A DNA stretch of 64,000 nt from Leucoraja ocellata (lineage: Eukaryota): positions 4,154,001-4,218,000 of the forward strand of contig JAWMAR010000098.1 of NCBI GenBank assembly GCA_036785375.1, given 5' to 3'. The notes beneath the pieces are model-generated. The model searched no databases, was not told the origin of the DNA, and saw nothing but the letters and a program-made list of their open reading frames with translations. The position numbers and the translations under genes were made by a program. Shown piece by piece: positions 52,601 to 64,000 of the stretch; position 1 is the first letter of the stretch, and each line of letters opens with the position of its first letter.

Positions 52601-55600
52601 ATGCATAAAAAACATTGCCACAGTACATTAAATTCTCTTAGAATATTGAACTCAAGGCACTGCAACACCAGATTTAACAGGTCAGCCTGCAGAAAGATTT
52701 TGCTGAACAAAAGTCGATGCACCGAGCCTCCGTCAGCAGCGTGCACTCCAGCACTACAGCCATGTTTGCACTTCATATTTCCACATTTACATGCTGCTCA
52801 AATCGGCCGCGGACGAGATATAAAGAACTTTCACAGATCGGCCCAGTGCACAAATGAAGTCATTTTGTCTCAGCTCAGCTGGGATTTTAAGTGGTCGAGG
52901 GATGTGAGGTGTTAACACTCAGGCCATCGTTACACTTGCGGGCACGGCACCAAGCGTTACACCAGGAGACTACTTGATAGCATGCATCTTTCTTAACAAG
53001 ATGCAAAATAAGAAACACATTTGCCTGTTATTAAACCCCACTCATAAGTGGTTGCAGGGCTCCTTTTTTTGCTAAATATCGGGAGGACCCAGGGGGATTG
53101 GTGTATGGTAACTGGAGATGCATTTCAGACAGGGAGCCTTTTAAACCTGCAGTGAAGGAATCTGAAGCATCAGACCATGAACATCAGTTTTAAATGCTTT
53201 TTCCTTGCCAAAGGAGTAAACACTTAGTAAAAGAGGGGGAAAAATGAGAGCGCTGACATGGATTGGATAAATACACTGGATGGATTGAGGACATTACGCA
53301 CTGTTTCAAATCTGGCTGTGCATTAAAGGCTAACACTTCTTTTAAGATGGCACACAAGTCCACTTTATGCAATATGGAAAAGATTAAGGATATTAATTCA
53401 TCTACCACCTAATCAATTATAGGTTATGTACTAGACTTCTGTTCCTACACAGTATTCATCATCAAATTTACACTGGCCTGTCTGTGTTGTTCCACAGAAT
53501 TCTAATACACTGGCACATAAGGTCCACAATGGTAATATGATATATTTAAAAAGCTTTCTTACGCTGCTCAAGCTTGCAAGCAGTCCATCTTACATTGGTA
53601 CTCCTTAAGCACCTTTCCTTTGACATGGTTGATTACTGAAGCACTTTGGAACCACTTTAGAATCTTTGCGCCAATTAAGTAAAACAAAACTATGGATAGC
53701 CAGCAATCTACATGGTAATTTAACGCATTTCTCACCAATTTCCTAAAATTCACTAACTGGGCATAAATCTAGAGTGTATTGCAATAGCAACACGAGCAAT
53801 TTATTCATTCCAGGTGTGTGGCTGTTTTATTTATGGCACAGCATCTTTTCTGTCTGGACTTTCAACATGAGAACTTCTACTTTGTAGCCAGCTGCAGACG
53901 ATTGCTGTGAACAGCAACACTGTGAATTAGAAAACCTTCACTACGACACTGCAATCAGTTTCCTTCAACCTGCATCCTGCGTCCTGCCTCAGTTTCCAAG
54001 GCACATCGCTGTTATCTTTCTCTACCTCTGAAAAAATGGTTTCCAGTGGAAACAAAATGCAGCACAGTGACATACAATTTATTTTGTATAAACAGCAACA
54101 AAAACTTACGCTTATATGTTTAATCACCTGAACCATGGTTTACCTGTGGCATAGCACACCGAGTAGACCAGTGAAAGTATATTAGAGCTGGCTTCACTAT
54201 GACTAAGCCTGTACAAATAATCATAGCCAATTATCACCGATATACCTGCACACTATTTAGGTACTGAGCAAGCTAACAGCATGTTTTAACAAGGCTAATT
54301 ATTAGGACGTTTTAACTTTCAGCGCTCCAAATTCCCTCTTTACCAGATACTTCCCGTTTCACTAAATGTGTTGATGAGCGTACGGCCAAAGCAGTATTCA
54401 ATACGTTGACTGTTTGTGGCTATTTTCTTCTATGACAATCCATTTGCGTGGGGGTCTCCAGATAAAATATTAAATTTCTTGGGCCATTTTGCTATTTGCT
54501 TTAAATGATTCTTTTTCAGTGGTTCTCTGAATATGAAGGAACTTTAAACCAGTGATTAAGATAATTACCATACAATGCATATTTATCGTGATCCTACATA
54601 CTTTTATCATCAATTTAGGTTACCTTGAAAACCCATAGACCCTAAAATGCCTTTTTTAAGTGATTTTGCTCCTGTCTGGTTGACACATTTACCATAGTAA
54701 TCAGATGGAATAATCATTTCTGGCTAACACCTTAACTGCAAGATGAAGCCTAAAATTCCTATTTTCATGCATAAATATTCCACATTAGCACACAAAGCCA
54801 ATAATGCCACCCAGTGTACAGTTGAGCCACTATGCATTCTGAATTTCACATACATTTGTCTTATAAGCAGAGAGTAGTTATGTTACTTCCATCAATGTGC
54901 CTCAAAATAATAGCTAATGCATAACTACTCTTAATGGTAAGTATAAAATATAAAAGACTGTTGAAATATATGATAATGAGATTTGGCCGTATTCTCTAAA
55001 ATACTAGCTACTAAAAGACAGCAGTAAAATCATTAAATCACAATATGTATGATATGAAGTTTAAACTGAAAGATACAAACAAAAATTATAGTCATTACAT
55101 TAGCCAGGGAGAACAGCACTAATGCTTTTTTAATGCAATATTTAAATTACTCCTGGCTAATGCAGGGTATTCTGTTCATTTCTATTCCTGCCAAGGGTTC
55201 AAGGTGGGGAGGGGGTGGGGGTGGAAATTAAAGTAAATTCTTTATAATCAAGGTACAACTGCCCTAAGCTGCAAGTAGCACTCATCTAAATAGCCTCTGC
55301 CCCTATTATGCCTCTCTTTTATTCTCTGGACTATTGAATTAAATATACAAAAACTCCATCATACAGCAATATAATTTCTGTGTCTGGATGAGGAAGGATT
55401 CTGGGTAATTGGTTGGTTGCAGTTCACTCATTGTTCACAGCTGACATCGAGAGATTCATAGAGCGTCGAGAGAGATTTTCCCCTTTGCGCTTATTTCACC
55501 CTCGGAGAAAAGTCATTTGTCTGATTTATTTATGATGCAATGAAGGTATGCTGAATGGATCAGGATAACCTAACACTGGTCAAACTCTCTGTCAGTAAAG

Positions 55601-56944
55601 ATAAAGCACACGTATACTCCAATGGGCACACTGTTTTTTAACTATCCCCATACCTCAAACTGCATGGCCCTTGTGTTATTGTTTTGTGTGCAAGTTTCAC
55701 CTTATAAAACATAAGCCAAATGGATTTGTGCAGTCCTGTACATTCCGGTTGTGTGGCGTTGCATTTGTTTAAATTATAAATGTGAGCAGTAGATATTCAA
55801 TTCCATCCTTTTTTGTCAGATTTATAATTTTGCACACCAGTCAGCAAGTGTAGATTATTAAAGTAATTACTGCCCTTTTTCTGCGCTGCCCCAAATAGCC
55901 TTTAACACTCCAGGTTAACTGCTTTCCGTTATAATGCAAACATTATTTTCATAGTCTATCAGGCACAGTTCCCAAAGCATGAGAAGGAGTGATTATTTGT
56001 AGGCAAGACTAGCCCCTGCAGGCAAAATCTACCATTGCAATCACAGAGACATCAAATGCTTTGATATTCTGTTTTTGTAGGAAAAGTCTACAGAGAGGAG
56101 TGGGGGAGGAGGTATTGTTTATCAAAGCAAATGCTTCATAAACTAATTTCATTTTCAGCAAAAGAATATACTGCATCCTGTAAAACTAGTGGAATTTAAA
56201 ATAGCCCATGCGATGAATGACAAAAAGAAGCCATAATGCAACTTTCATCAAAGTCTCAATTCACTCTCCTAATTGAATAAGTTGCTGTCCCACTTGACAA
56301 AGGATCAAAATTACATTTCCTTACCACTGTTCGATTGAGGGGGGGAAAAAATTGTTTTAGATCTTATGTCACCCAACAAAATAATGTAATCAATAAAAAT
56401 ATCGAACAAACGCCTGGACAGCGCTTGTTTTGCAAAACGAGGAAATGGAAGTGATGTTTTGCCTTTATTTAATTGCCAGGACTTATTCCCTTCTCATAGC
56501 TAATTCTTGTCCCTTGAAATGCTGTGGATATAACCAGAAGCAATTCATGAAATCTTGCTCTGTCAGTATAGCGCAGCAATCATGGCTATTTTTGCAGGGC
56601 ACATTTCATTTCAGCTGCAGCGGAAAATCATTTACAAAAATAACAAAAAGATTGCTCTGTGAATATATGCAGCCTTATTTCCAGAGCAGAGCAATACAGC
56701 ATTACACAACTAGTTATTTTCAACCCTAAATGATCATTGCAAGGCATTGACAGATCTGCATGTCATCTGCATCAGGGCAACATTGCAAAAAGGAAAACAC
56801 TGTTTCGAAAATAAAATAAATCCACAACAAAAAAAATGCAAGCATGCTTATTAAAAAATACATCTCAGCAACATTTTAGCAGTTTGAACATTTAAGTCTA
56901 CTGTGGCTTTCCTCAATAAATTTTTGTCACTTATAAGATATATG

Positions 56945-57482
56945 TATTATGTTCAGTTCCACGCACCAGGTTATAGGAAAGATGGTGTCAAGCTGAAAAT
57001 GTACAGAGAAGATTTACGAGGATGTTGCCAGGACTGGAAGGTCTGCACTATCGGGAGGGGTTGAGTAGGCTGGGACTCTATTCCTTGGAGCGCAGGAGGA
57101 TGAGGGGTGATCTTATAGAGGTGTATAAAATCATGAGAGGAATAGATCAGGTAAATGCTCAGAGTCTCTTGCCCAGAGTAGATGAATCGAGGACCAGAGG
57201 ACAAAGGTTTATGGTGAAGTGGAAAAGATTTAATAGGAATCTGAGGGGCAACTTTTTCACATAAAGGGTGGTGGGTGTATGGAACAAGCTGCCAGAGGAG
57301 GTAATTGAGGCTGGGACTGTACCAACGTTTAAGAAACAGTTAGACACGTACATGGATAGGACGGGTTTGGAAGGATTATGGACATAGCGCAGGTATCGGG
57401 GACTAGTGTAGCTGGGTCGGTGTGGGCAGGTTGGGCCAAAGGGCCTGTTTCCACGATGTATCACTCTATGACTCTATGACTA
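56945..57482 (+). mobile_element. CR1/HER1-type LINE fragment
   Basis: ORF 57022-57264 (LGLYSLERRRMRGDLIEVYKIMRG); tail gggcctgtttcc..(CTCTATGA)n, shared with the SINEs. Confidence 0.95.
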
Positions 57483-58289
57483 TCCAAACACTTAAAGGTT
57501 TAATGCATTTATTGCTCTTTGCAGGCACACAAATCTGGAAGAAAAAGTATAATTGTTACATTTTGTAACTTTTTATACCAAACTAGTCGTCTCTTTACTT
57601 CAAGAAGATGTATGATCTAAGGAGTTGGTTCTTATGCATTTCTATACTTGTCCAATAAACACAATCATGCACACAATTTGCTATAATTAAGAAGTACTAG
57701 AGGTCTTTATTGATGGGGAATCAACTCCTTGAGATGCCATTAGGTGTGTTTTGCATACTTGAATCATTCATCTCAGGACAGGAGTGCTGAAGCAGTTAGT
57801 GCTGCTGACTCGTAGTATCCGAACTCTGGGTTCAATCCTGGAGTTTGCTTGTTCTTAGTCTGACCAATATAAATTAGTATTCAGTATAGCTCAGGTGACA
57901 AAAGAACCACAGAAGTGTTTTCATAGGCATGTGAGTATTGGAGTCAAAGAGGGAAGGGAAATGGGACTGAGGTGCTTTGATCTGCTCGATTCCTCATGTA
58001 ACAAATTGGCTGAATGGACTCCACCCGGATCTTTTTATGTCAAGGCCTGTGGATTATTTTTAGTTGCGTGCTTCCAAACATATGATGAAGGAGCAGCAAC
58101 TCACGGTTTGCAGGGCGGGATTGTCAGATTTTCTTGATGTGTGGCCTGAAATGAGGACATGACCATTAATAATATTGGCCTTGGCATTTGCTGGAAGTAG
58201 AGACATAAATCCAATTTAAATAAATATGGAGTAAAAAGTAATGGTTTCCAAAGGTACCTCAATAAAAGGAAAAGCACTGAGAGGAGAGT

Positions 58290-58575
58290 AATTAGCATTG
58301 GCACTGGTGACACCAGTACTGAAGACCCATCTCTAATTACCTCTGAACTCAGAGGGCTGCTTAACCAATGGAGGTTAGTTAAAAGTTAGCCATGTTACTG
58401 AGGTGCAAGTGTCACACATTAGCCAGTCCACGCAAGAAAGTCTGACGTCTTTTCATTGAAGAATAAAATGGGCTTTTATGACAATCCAATAATTTAATAG
58501 TCACTATTACTGACACCAGCTGTTTTACTTCCACAATATTTCATTAGCCAAATTTAAGTGAAGATAAATTTCAAC
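58290..58575 (-). mobile_element. Old SINE-like repeat, same family as 3228-3553
   Basis: cccatctctaattacctctgaact...gacaatccaat..gtcactattactgacaccagctgtttt. Confidence 0.55.
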
Positions 58576-58778
58576 GTGCATGGAGTTTAGACAGATTTTC
58601 ACGAGCCGGCCACTGTCATAGCGTTGGAGGTAACTGAATGTGTAGCGTTCTATTATCGAGTGACTTTATTGCACTGAAATGTCAACCAACAGCCACAGAC
58701 AGCAAGAGAAAGTCGGAACACCGACCCTTGACATTCACTCGCATTACCATTGCCAAGACCCCACTATCAGTGTCTCTC

Positions 58779-58976
58779 AGTTTAGTTTAGAGATTGGTTT
58801 GGCCCACCAACAATTTACAGAAGCCAATTAACCTACAAACCTGCAGATCCTTGGGATGTGGAAAACCCAGGCAGTCACAGAGAGAATGTACAAACTCTAC
58901 ACAGAGAGCACCCACAGTCAGGATCAAACCCAGGGCTCTGACGCTGTAAGGCAGCACCTCTACCGATGAGCCACCC
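58779..58976 (-). mobile_element. Internally deleted V-SINE-type SINE
   Basis: Tail gtttagtttagaga, core ccaattaacctacaaacctg, B-box ggatcaaaccc. Confidence 0.88.
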
Positions 58977-59244
58977 TCTGACCAGAAGCTCAACTGGCCA
59001 CAAATACTGCAGCTGTGAGAGCAGGCTGGAGATGGTGCTGCCGGTGGCCTCTCCTGACCCATTGCTCTTCCACCATGTACAAAGCACAGTTCAGGAGCAC
59101 GATAGAATACTTTTCACTTCCCTGGTTGGGTACATTGCCACCAGTCCACAAGAAGCTCGATGCCATCAAGAACATGGCAGCTCCTGAAACATTGTAAATA
59201 TTTGTTCCATCCATCACCAGCAGCGCAGTACCGCACAGTACCAC

Positions 59245-59547
59245 CTCTGCCTCACAGTGTCAAAGACCCGGGTTCGATCCTGACCTTGGGTGCTGTCTGT
59301 GTGGAGTTAGCATGTTCTTCCTGTGATCATGTGGATTTCCTCCAGGTGTTCCAATGGTAATGGCAGTGATTGCCAAGGCATGCAGGTTTGTATGTTCATT
59401 GGCTGCTGTAAAATGAAATTACCCCAGATGAGGTGGATGCGAAAGTGGGTTAACATAGAACTATGTGAATGGGTAATTGATGGGTCAGCATGGGCGTGGT
59501 GGGCCAAAGCACCCGTTTCCATGCTGCATTTTTAAACTAAACTAAAC
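59245..59547 (+). mobile_element. V-SINE-type SINE
   Basis: gacccgggttcgatcc B-box; (TAAAC)n tail. Confidence 0.9.
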
Positions 59548-60302
59548 CAGCAAACAACGTCTGCAATGAGAATCATCCACGATATGCGTTGCAGTCCAGG
59601 CCACTCTGACATCATCTCCAAATTCTTCAGCTCAATCCTCATTTCCTTAAGTCGCAGGTCATCCCAATCTAGAAATATGTTGCCAGTACATCACCGCCAC
59701 TCCATCAAGACTGCTGTACATATTTGAGGAGGTTTCTGGACCAGGTAAGTAGTTAGAAGTAGATCAAATCTGTGCTAGTGCTTTCCACGAGCCTTTACAA
59801 TGTACAATTGTTTATAATGATGCACAGTGAAAAATTATGTATGTGTTGTTGATACCAGAGAGATGAGCAAATAGACCTGTCTTCAATCACATTGTGTGAC
59901 CCTGGTACTACTCCTTGAACTATAGCAGTGCTTATTGCCATTCACCCTTTATCTTGCACAACTAAATCAAAGTAGAATTTGTGTACCCCATCAAAAACTG
60001 TCTGCTTATTAAAGACGAGTCCATTAAACAAGTTAGAAAATATCACTATTTTATTCGTAATAAGCACATCAGCGAACAGATGAACAATCTCTGAAGCTAC
60101 GGTAGGTGTCCTCATAAATATTGCTTCCCATGTGCCTTTAGAAACCAACCCTACAGGTTTTGCAGGTTCAGGTCTTGCTAGAACTTCAGAGTTGTCATTT
60201 CAAAATTCCATCAGAGTTTTAAAACACCATTCGGAAGAGTCTTATCTGTTTCAGCAGCCACCTTGCTCAGCGAGAAACAAAACTAGTCAAGATATACAGG
60301 CG

Positions 60303-60457
60303 AAGACGTACAGGTTTGTAGGTTAAGTGTATAATTGTTGGTATAAGTGTAAATTGTCCCTAGTGTGTGTGGGATAGTGTTAGTGTGCGGGGATCGCTGG
60401 TTGGCACGGACCCGGTGGGCCAAAGGGCCTGTTTCCACGCTGTGTCTCTAAACTAAA
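60303..60457 (+). mobile_element. 3' half of an HE1/V-SINE-type SINE
   Basis: aagacgtacaggtttgtaggttaa...gggcctgtttccacgctgtgtctctaaactaaa. Confidence 0.92.
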
Positions 60458-60589
60458 TATACTGTAGGGGTATAAAAAGCAATAACAAGCATGTCCTCCA
60501 CTACATCAACTCCAGATGGCACAAGAAATTCAAATTAATCCTTCTGACTGAAGGGTGATGAGAAAAGGCCCTTTCCTGGTAACCATGCC

Positions 60590-60810
60590 TTTGGCTATAA
60601 GATCGAAGCTTTTGAAATTCCCTCTTTAAATTGGCTCACCTCTTATTGCTCTTCTCACACAGTCTACAAAGGCCACCTGTCTGACCAGGCCTTTGGTCAT
60701 CATCTCCAACATCTCCTTCCATCTCCTGCCTACCTCTGTTTATGTGAACCAGCTTGGGACATTGTTACCATGTTAAAGTTGCTTTATAAATGGAAACAGC
60801 TGTTGATGTT
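60590..60810 (+). mobile_element. Old L2-type 3' end
   Basis: tgtgaa..gcttgggaca..gttaaag..gctttataaatg..tgttgatgtt resembles an L2 tail. Confidence 0.5.
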
Positions 60811-61124
60811 GCACAGAATTTTTCACGATTTTTTTTCTATAAATAATATCACAAATCATTTTAAACAAATAAATTGCCTGTTTTTGTGAGAAAACTTAAA
60901 ACACAGATCAGTAGTAGTGAAAATATAAGATCTTACATTGATGTAACTCAGATGCAAATGACTTAAGAATTATGAGGTCAGCTTAATACAGAAAAATCCC
61001 TTTCATATTTTACACACTTTCATACACCTTTTATCTACCCGCATCGATTAGTCAGCATTGGATTATAAGTCTAGTATGCTATTGCTGGGACAATTTTGCA
61101 GCCATATTATGCAGGTGCCTGCTC

Positions 61125-61240
61125 ACCGTGCTCCCTTCAGGCAAGAGATACAGAACTTTGAAAGCACACACCCACCAGAGTCAGAGCAGCTTCTTATGTC
61201 TGTTACCAAGCTTCTGAATTATCCTTCCATAAGCTAGATT
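61125..61240 (+). mobile_element. Rex1-type 3' fragment (probably resumes at about 62032-62120 after the CR1)
   Basis: ccttcaggcaagagatacagaactttgaaagcacac..accaga..agcagcttctt..tgtta.ca.gctt.tgaa is complementary to the tail at about 32465-32545. Confidence 0.65.
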
Positions 61241-61245
61241 CATTG

Positions 61246-62031
61246 AAACATAGAAAATAGGTGCAGGAGTAGGCCATTCGGCCCTTCGAGCCTGCACCGC
61301 ATTTCAATATGATCATGGCTGATCATCCAACTCAGTATCCTGTACCTGCCTTCTCTCCATACCCCCTGATCCCTTTAGCCACAAGGACCACATCTAACTC
61401 CCTCTTAAATATAGCCAATGAACTGGCCTCAACTACTTTCTGTGGCAGAGAATTCCACAGATTCACCACTCTCTGTGTGAAAAAAAAAAGTATCATCTCG
61501 GTCTTAAAAGACTTCCCCCTTATCCTTAAACTGTGACCCCTTGTTCTGAACTTCCCCAACATCGGGAACAATCTTCCTGCATCTAGCCTGTCCAACCCCT
61601 TAAGAATTTTGTAAGTTTCTCTAAGATCCCCCCTCAATCTTCTAAATTCTAGCGAGTACAAGCAGAGTCTATCCAGTCTTTCTTCATATGAAAGTCCTGC
61701 CATCCCAGGAATTAATCTGGTGAACTTTCTCTGTACTCCCTCTCTGGCAAGAATGTCTTTCCTCAGATTAGGAGACCAAAACTGTACGCAATACTCCAGA
61801 TGTGGTCTCACCAAGACCCTGTACAACTGCAGTAGAACCTCCCTGCTCCTATACTCAAATCCTTTTGCTATGAATGCTAACATACCATTCGCTTTCTTCA
61901 CTGCCTGCTGCACCTGCATGCCTACTTTCAATGACTGGTGTACCATGACACCCAGGTCTCGTTGCATCTCCCCTTTTCCTAATCGGCCACCATTCAGATA
62001 ACAGCCTACTTTCCTGTTCTTGCCACCAAAG
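61246..62031 (-). mobile_element. Longest young CR1/HER1-type fragment; intact 211-aa RT C-terminal frame
   Basis: ORF 61332-61967 (QRDLGV..VKKANGML..LYRVLVRPHLEYCVQFWSP..RRLRGDL..RVVNLWNSLP). Confidence 0.98.
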
Positions 62032-62385
62032 TCCTGTCCGATTCACCTCTACCCCATTGTAGACGCTGCCTATGGAGCTGTTACACTACCAAGCTGAGAG
62101 CTATATTCTGCAATCTGGGTTTTTTTAAGTATTGAATGAATTAATCGGGATGAAACCCATTCAGTCCCAGTGAGCTTCTTATTTTGACCTTAAGTTTCCA
62201 GAGTTGTCAATGTAGATGACCCAATTGTCTTCTTTAACTATTCCACTTATTCTAAAACATTTCCCATTGATTAGAAGATATAAAAAAGTACTCCCACTAT
62301 TTTAACAAGGTGAGGAAAAATAATGGCAAAAAATAGAAAGGCAGAGTATTTTAAAATGGTGGGGGATTGGAACCTGTGTGTTCTT

Positions 62386-62696
62386 AGTTTTGTTTTGTTT
62401 TAGAGACACAACGCGGAAACAGGCCATTCAGCCCACCGGGTCCACACCGACCAATTATCCCCAAACAATAACACTATCCTACACACATACTAGAGACAGT
62501 TTACACATACACCAAGCCAATTAACCTACAAGCCTGTACGTCTTTGGAGTGTGGGAGGAAACCGAAGATCTCAGAGAAAACTCACGCGGTCACGTGGAGA
62601 AAATACAAACTCCGCACCGACATCACCCGGGGACGTGATCGAACCCGGGTCTCCGGCACTGCAAGCGCTATAAAGCAGCAACTCTCCCGCTGCACC
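62386..62696 (-). mobile_element. Near full-length HE1/V-SINE-type SINE
   Basis: Reverse complement of the consensus seen at 24063 and 63819. Confidence 0.94.
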
Positions 62697-62821
62697 CCAG
62701 ATGTCGTCCAAGTATGCATAAAAAATTAACTCGCAGTTACAGCAGCCAATGAGAAAGAGTATGTTTATTGCAAAAGGAAATTGGTACAATAGGTAAAGAT
62801 GTCCGACTGCGATTCTGTGTC

Positions 62822-63180
62822 GAATAGTGAAAGGCTTGGATAGAATGGCTGTAGAGAGGACATTTCCACTAGTGGGAGCATCTGGGGCCAGAGGTCAGAG
62901 CCTCAGAATAAAAGGACGTCCCTTTAGGAAGATGGGGAGGAATTTCTTTAATCAGAAGGTGGTGAATCTGTGGAATTCATTGCCACAGAAGGCTGTGGAG
63001 TGCTGTCAATGAATATTTTTTAAGGCAGAGATACGCAGATTCTTGATTGGTACGGGTGTCAGAAACTTTGGGGAGAAGGCGTGCGAATGGGGTTGAGAGG
63101 GAGAGATAGATCAACCACAATTGAATGGCGGAGCAGATTGATGGGCTGAATGGCCTAATACTGCTCCTACCACTTATGAA
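62822..63180 (+). mobile_element. CR1 3' fragment
   Basis: KGLDRMAVERTFPLVG..FFNQKVVNLWNSLPQ plus tail. Confidence 0.92.
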
Positions 63181-63189
63181 CATGTCACC

Positions 63190-63810
63190 TGGAATATAGT
63201 ATCCAATTTGTTCTCCACACCTAGAGATGGATACATTTCTGATCGAGCGAAATGAAGGTGTGCTAGATTGGATACCTGAGATGTGGCAAGTATCTTCTGA
63301 GAGATTAGGGAGATAGAACCCATAGAGTTAAGAAAATGAGAGGTAATCTCCTTAAAACATACAAAGGCTTGACAGTGCAGATACAGGTATGATGTTTCCT
63401 GGATAGGTGACATTTCGGGTCGGAACCCATTTTCCTTGGGAAGGGGAGTTAAAGTATTTAGCAATCGGGAGAATTCCTCTATCCATTCCCATACTGACCT
63501 TTCTATCCTGAGCTTCCTCCAGTGTCAGAGTGAGGCCACATGAAAATGGGAGAAACAGCACACCATATTTCACTTGGGTAGCTTACAACTCAGCAGGTTG
63601 AAGTATCCTGACTGAAGAATCTACTAGTCAGGACCACAGACTTAAAACAAAGACATCCAGGACTGATATGAGAAGAATGTTTTTCACCCAGATGGGAGTG
63701 AGCATTTAAATCCCCTCTACCCCAGTCAGCAGTGATGGTCCAGACAAAATATATTTGTTCCAAATATGGGTAGATTTTAATCATTAAGGTGTGTAGGGTT
63801 AGTGCAGGGT
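63190..63810 (+). mobile_element. Very old CR1 fragment interrupted by a Penelope piece
   Basis: agaaaatgagaggtaatctc..aaacatacaa before 63400 and gactgatatgagaagaatgtttttcacccaga after 63610. Confidence 0.6.
63401..63606. mobile_element. Rearranged Penelope-like fragment (GIY-YIG C-terminus plus partial terminal repeat)
   Basis: Plus strand HSHTDLSILSFLQCQSEAT*KWEKQHTIFHLGSLQ; minus strand LPIAKYFNSPS; the ggataggtgacatttcgggtc terminus motif is adjacent. Confidence 0.75.
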
Positions 63811-63818
63811 ATTCGAGC

Positions 63819-64000
63819 GGGCGGCACGGTGGCGCAGCGGTAGAGTTGCTGCCTTACAGCGAATGCAGCGTCGGAGACCCGGGTTCGATCTCGACTACGG
63901 GTGCTGTCTGTACGGAGTTTGTACGTTCTCCTCGTGACCTGCATGGGTTTTCTCCGAGATCTTCGGTTTCCTCCTACACTCCAAAGACATACAGGTTTGT
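63819..64000 (+). mobile_element. Young HE1/V-SINE-type SINE, cut by the window end
   Basis: A-box tggcgcagcgg (63830-63840), B-box ggttcgatc, CpGs intact. Confidence 0.96.

Larger units (their letters stand above)
37210..56940. promoter_or_regulatory. Block with no recognisable TE; putative conserved non-coding or alternatively spliced region
   Basis: No SINE, LINE or Helitron recognised over about 19.7 kb, against dense insertions in both flanks; octamer and TGCATG motifs and candidate small exons present. Confidence 0.55.
58700..59735 (+). mobile_element. Old L2/CR1-superclade LINE fragment interrupted by two SINEs
   Basis: STMYKAQFRSTIEYFSLPW..KKLDAIKNMAA matches the YKAxVRSxMEY..W post-RT motif. 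Confidence 0.7.

Noticed and set aside
55098-55162. Hairpin cattagccagg...cctggctaatg as a miRNA or terminator
   Set aside because: Only 11-13 bp of stem with a long, poorly paired loop and no recognisable mature miRNA.
34030-56940. Known conserved miRNA or snoRNA genes, or a nameable host gene
   Set aside because: I compared the block from memory with common vertebrate miRNAs and alternatively spliced neural genes and found no match I could defend, so no gene symbol is given.
61332-61967. 211-aa ORF as a host gene or active retroelement
   Set aside because: It is only the C-terminal part of CR1 ORF2 in a 5'-truncated copy, lacking the endonuclease and the RT catalytic core.
63819-63895. 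tRNA gene (A- and B-boxes)
   Set aside because: It continues into a SINE body with no cloverleaf end or terminator; it is a tRNA-derived SINE head, like the other copies.
1-64000. Prokaryotic operon, phage or defence system
   Set aside because: Coding density is very low, the sequence is CpG-depleted and vertebrate retroposons occur throughout; the 60-110 aa ORFs outside repeats look like chance.

Overview
This is vertebrate nuclear DNA, not prokaryotic. The repeat inventory is typical of cartilaginous fishes and fits a skate or ray best (inference): CR1/HER1-type LINE 3' fragments, HE1/V-SINE-type tRNA SINEs ending in (TAAAC)n, Rex1/Babar LINEs and Penelope-associated repeats. I recognise no complete protein-coding gene. 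Every convincing protein-like ORF is a fragment of a retroelement reverse transcriptase or endonuclease. Both flanks are TE-rich, while about 20 kb (37.2-56.9 kb) has no TE I could recognise. That block looks like constrained intronic or regulatory sequence and holds several candidate minus-strand cassette exons of a gene I cannot name. The most notable items are: (1) a 1.94-kb non-autonomous Helitron loaded with minisatellites and inserted exactly at an AT inside a CR1 ORF, plus a second Helitron family; (2) a dispersed Penelope-terminus repeat with a minimal hammerhead-ribozyme motif, twice arranged as fold-back dimers; (3) a ~109-bp inverted duplication complementary to a candidate splice acceptor. 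There are two N gaps. All calls were made by eye with no database search, so repeat boundaries are approximate unless stated otherwise.
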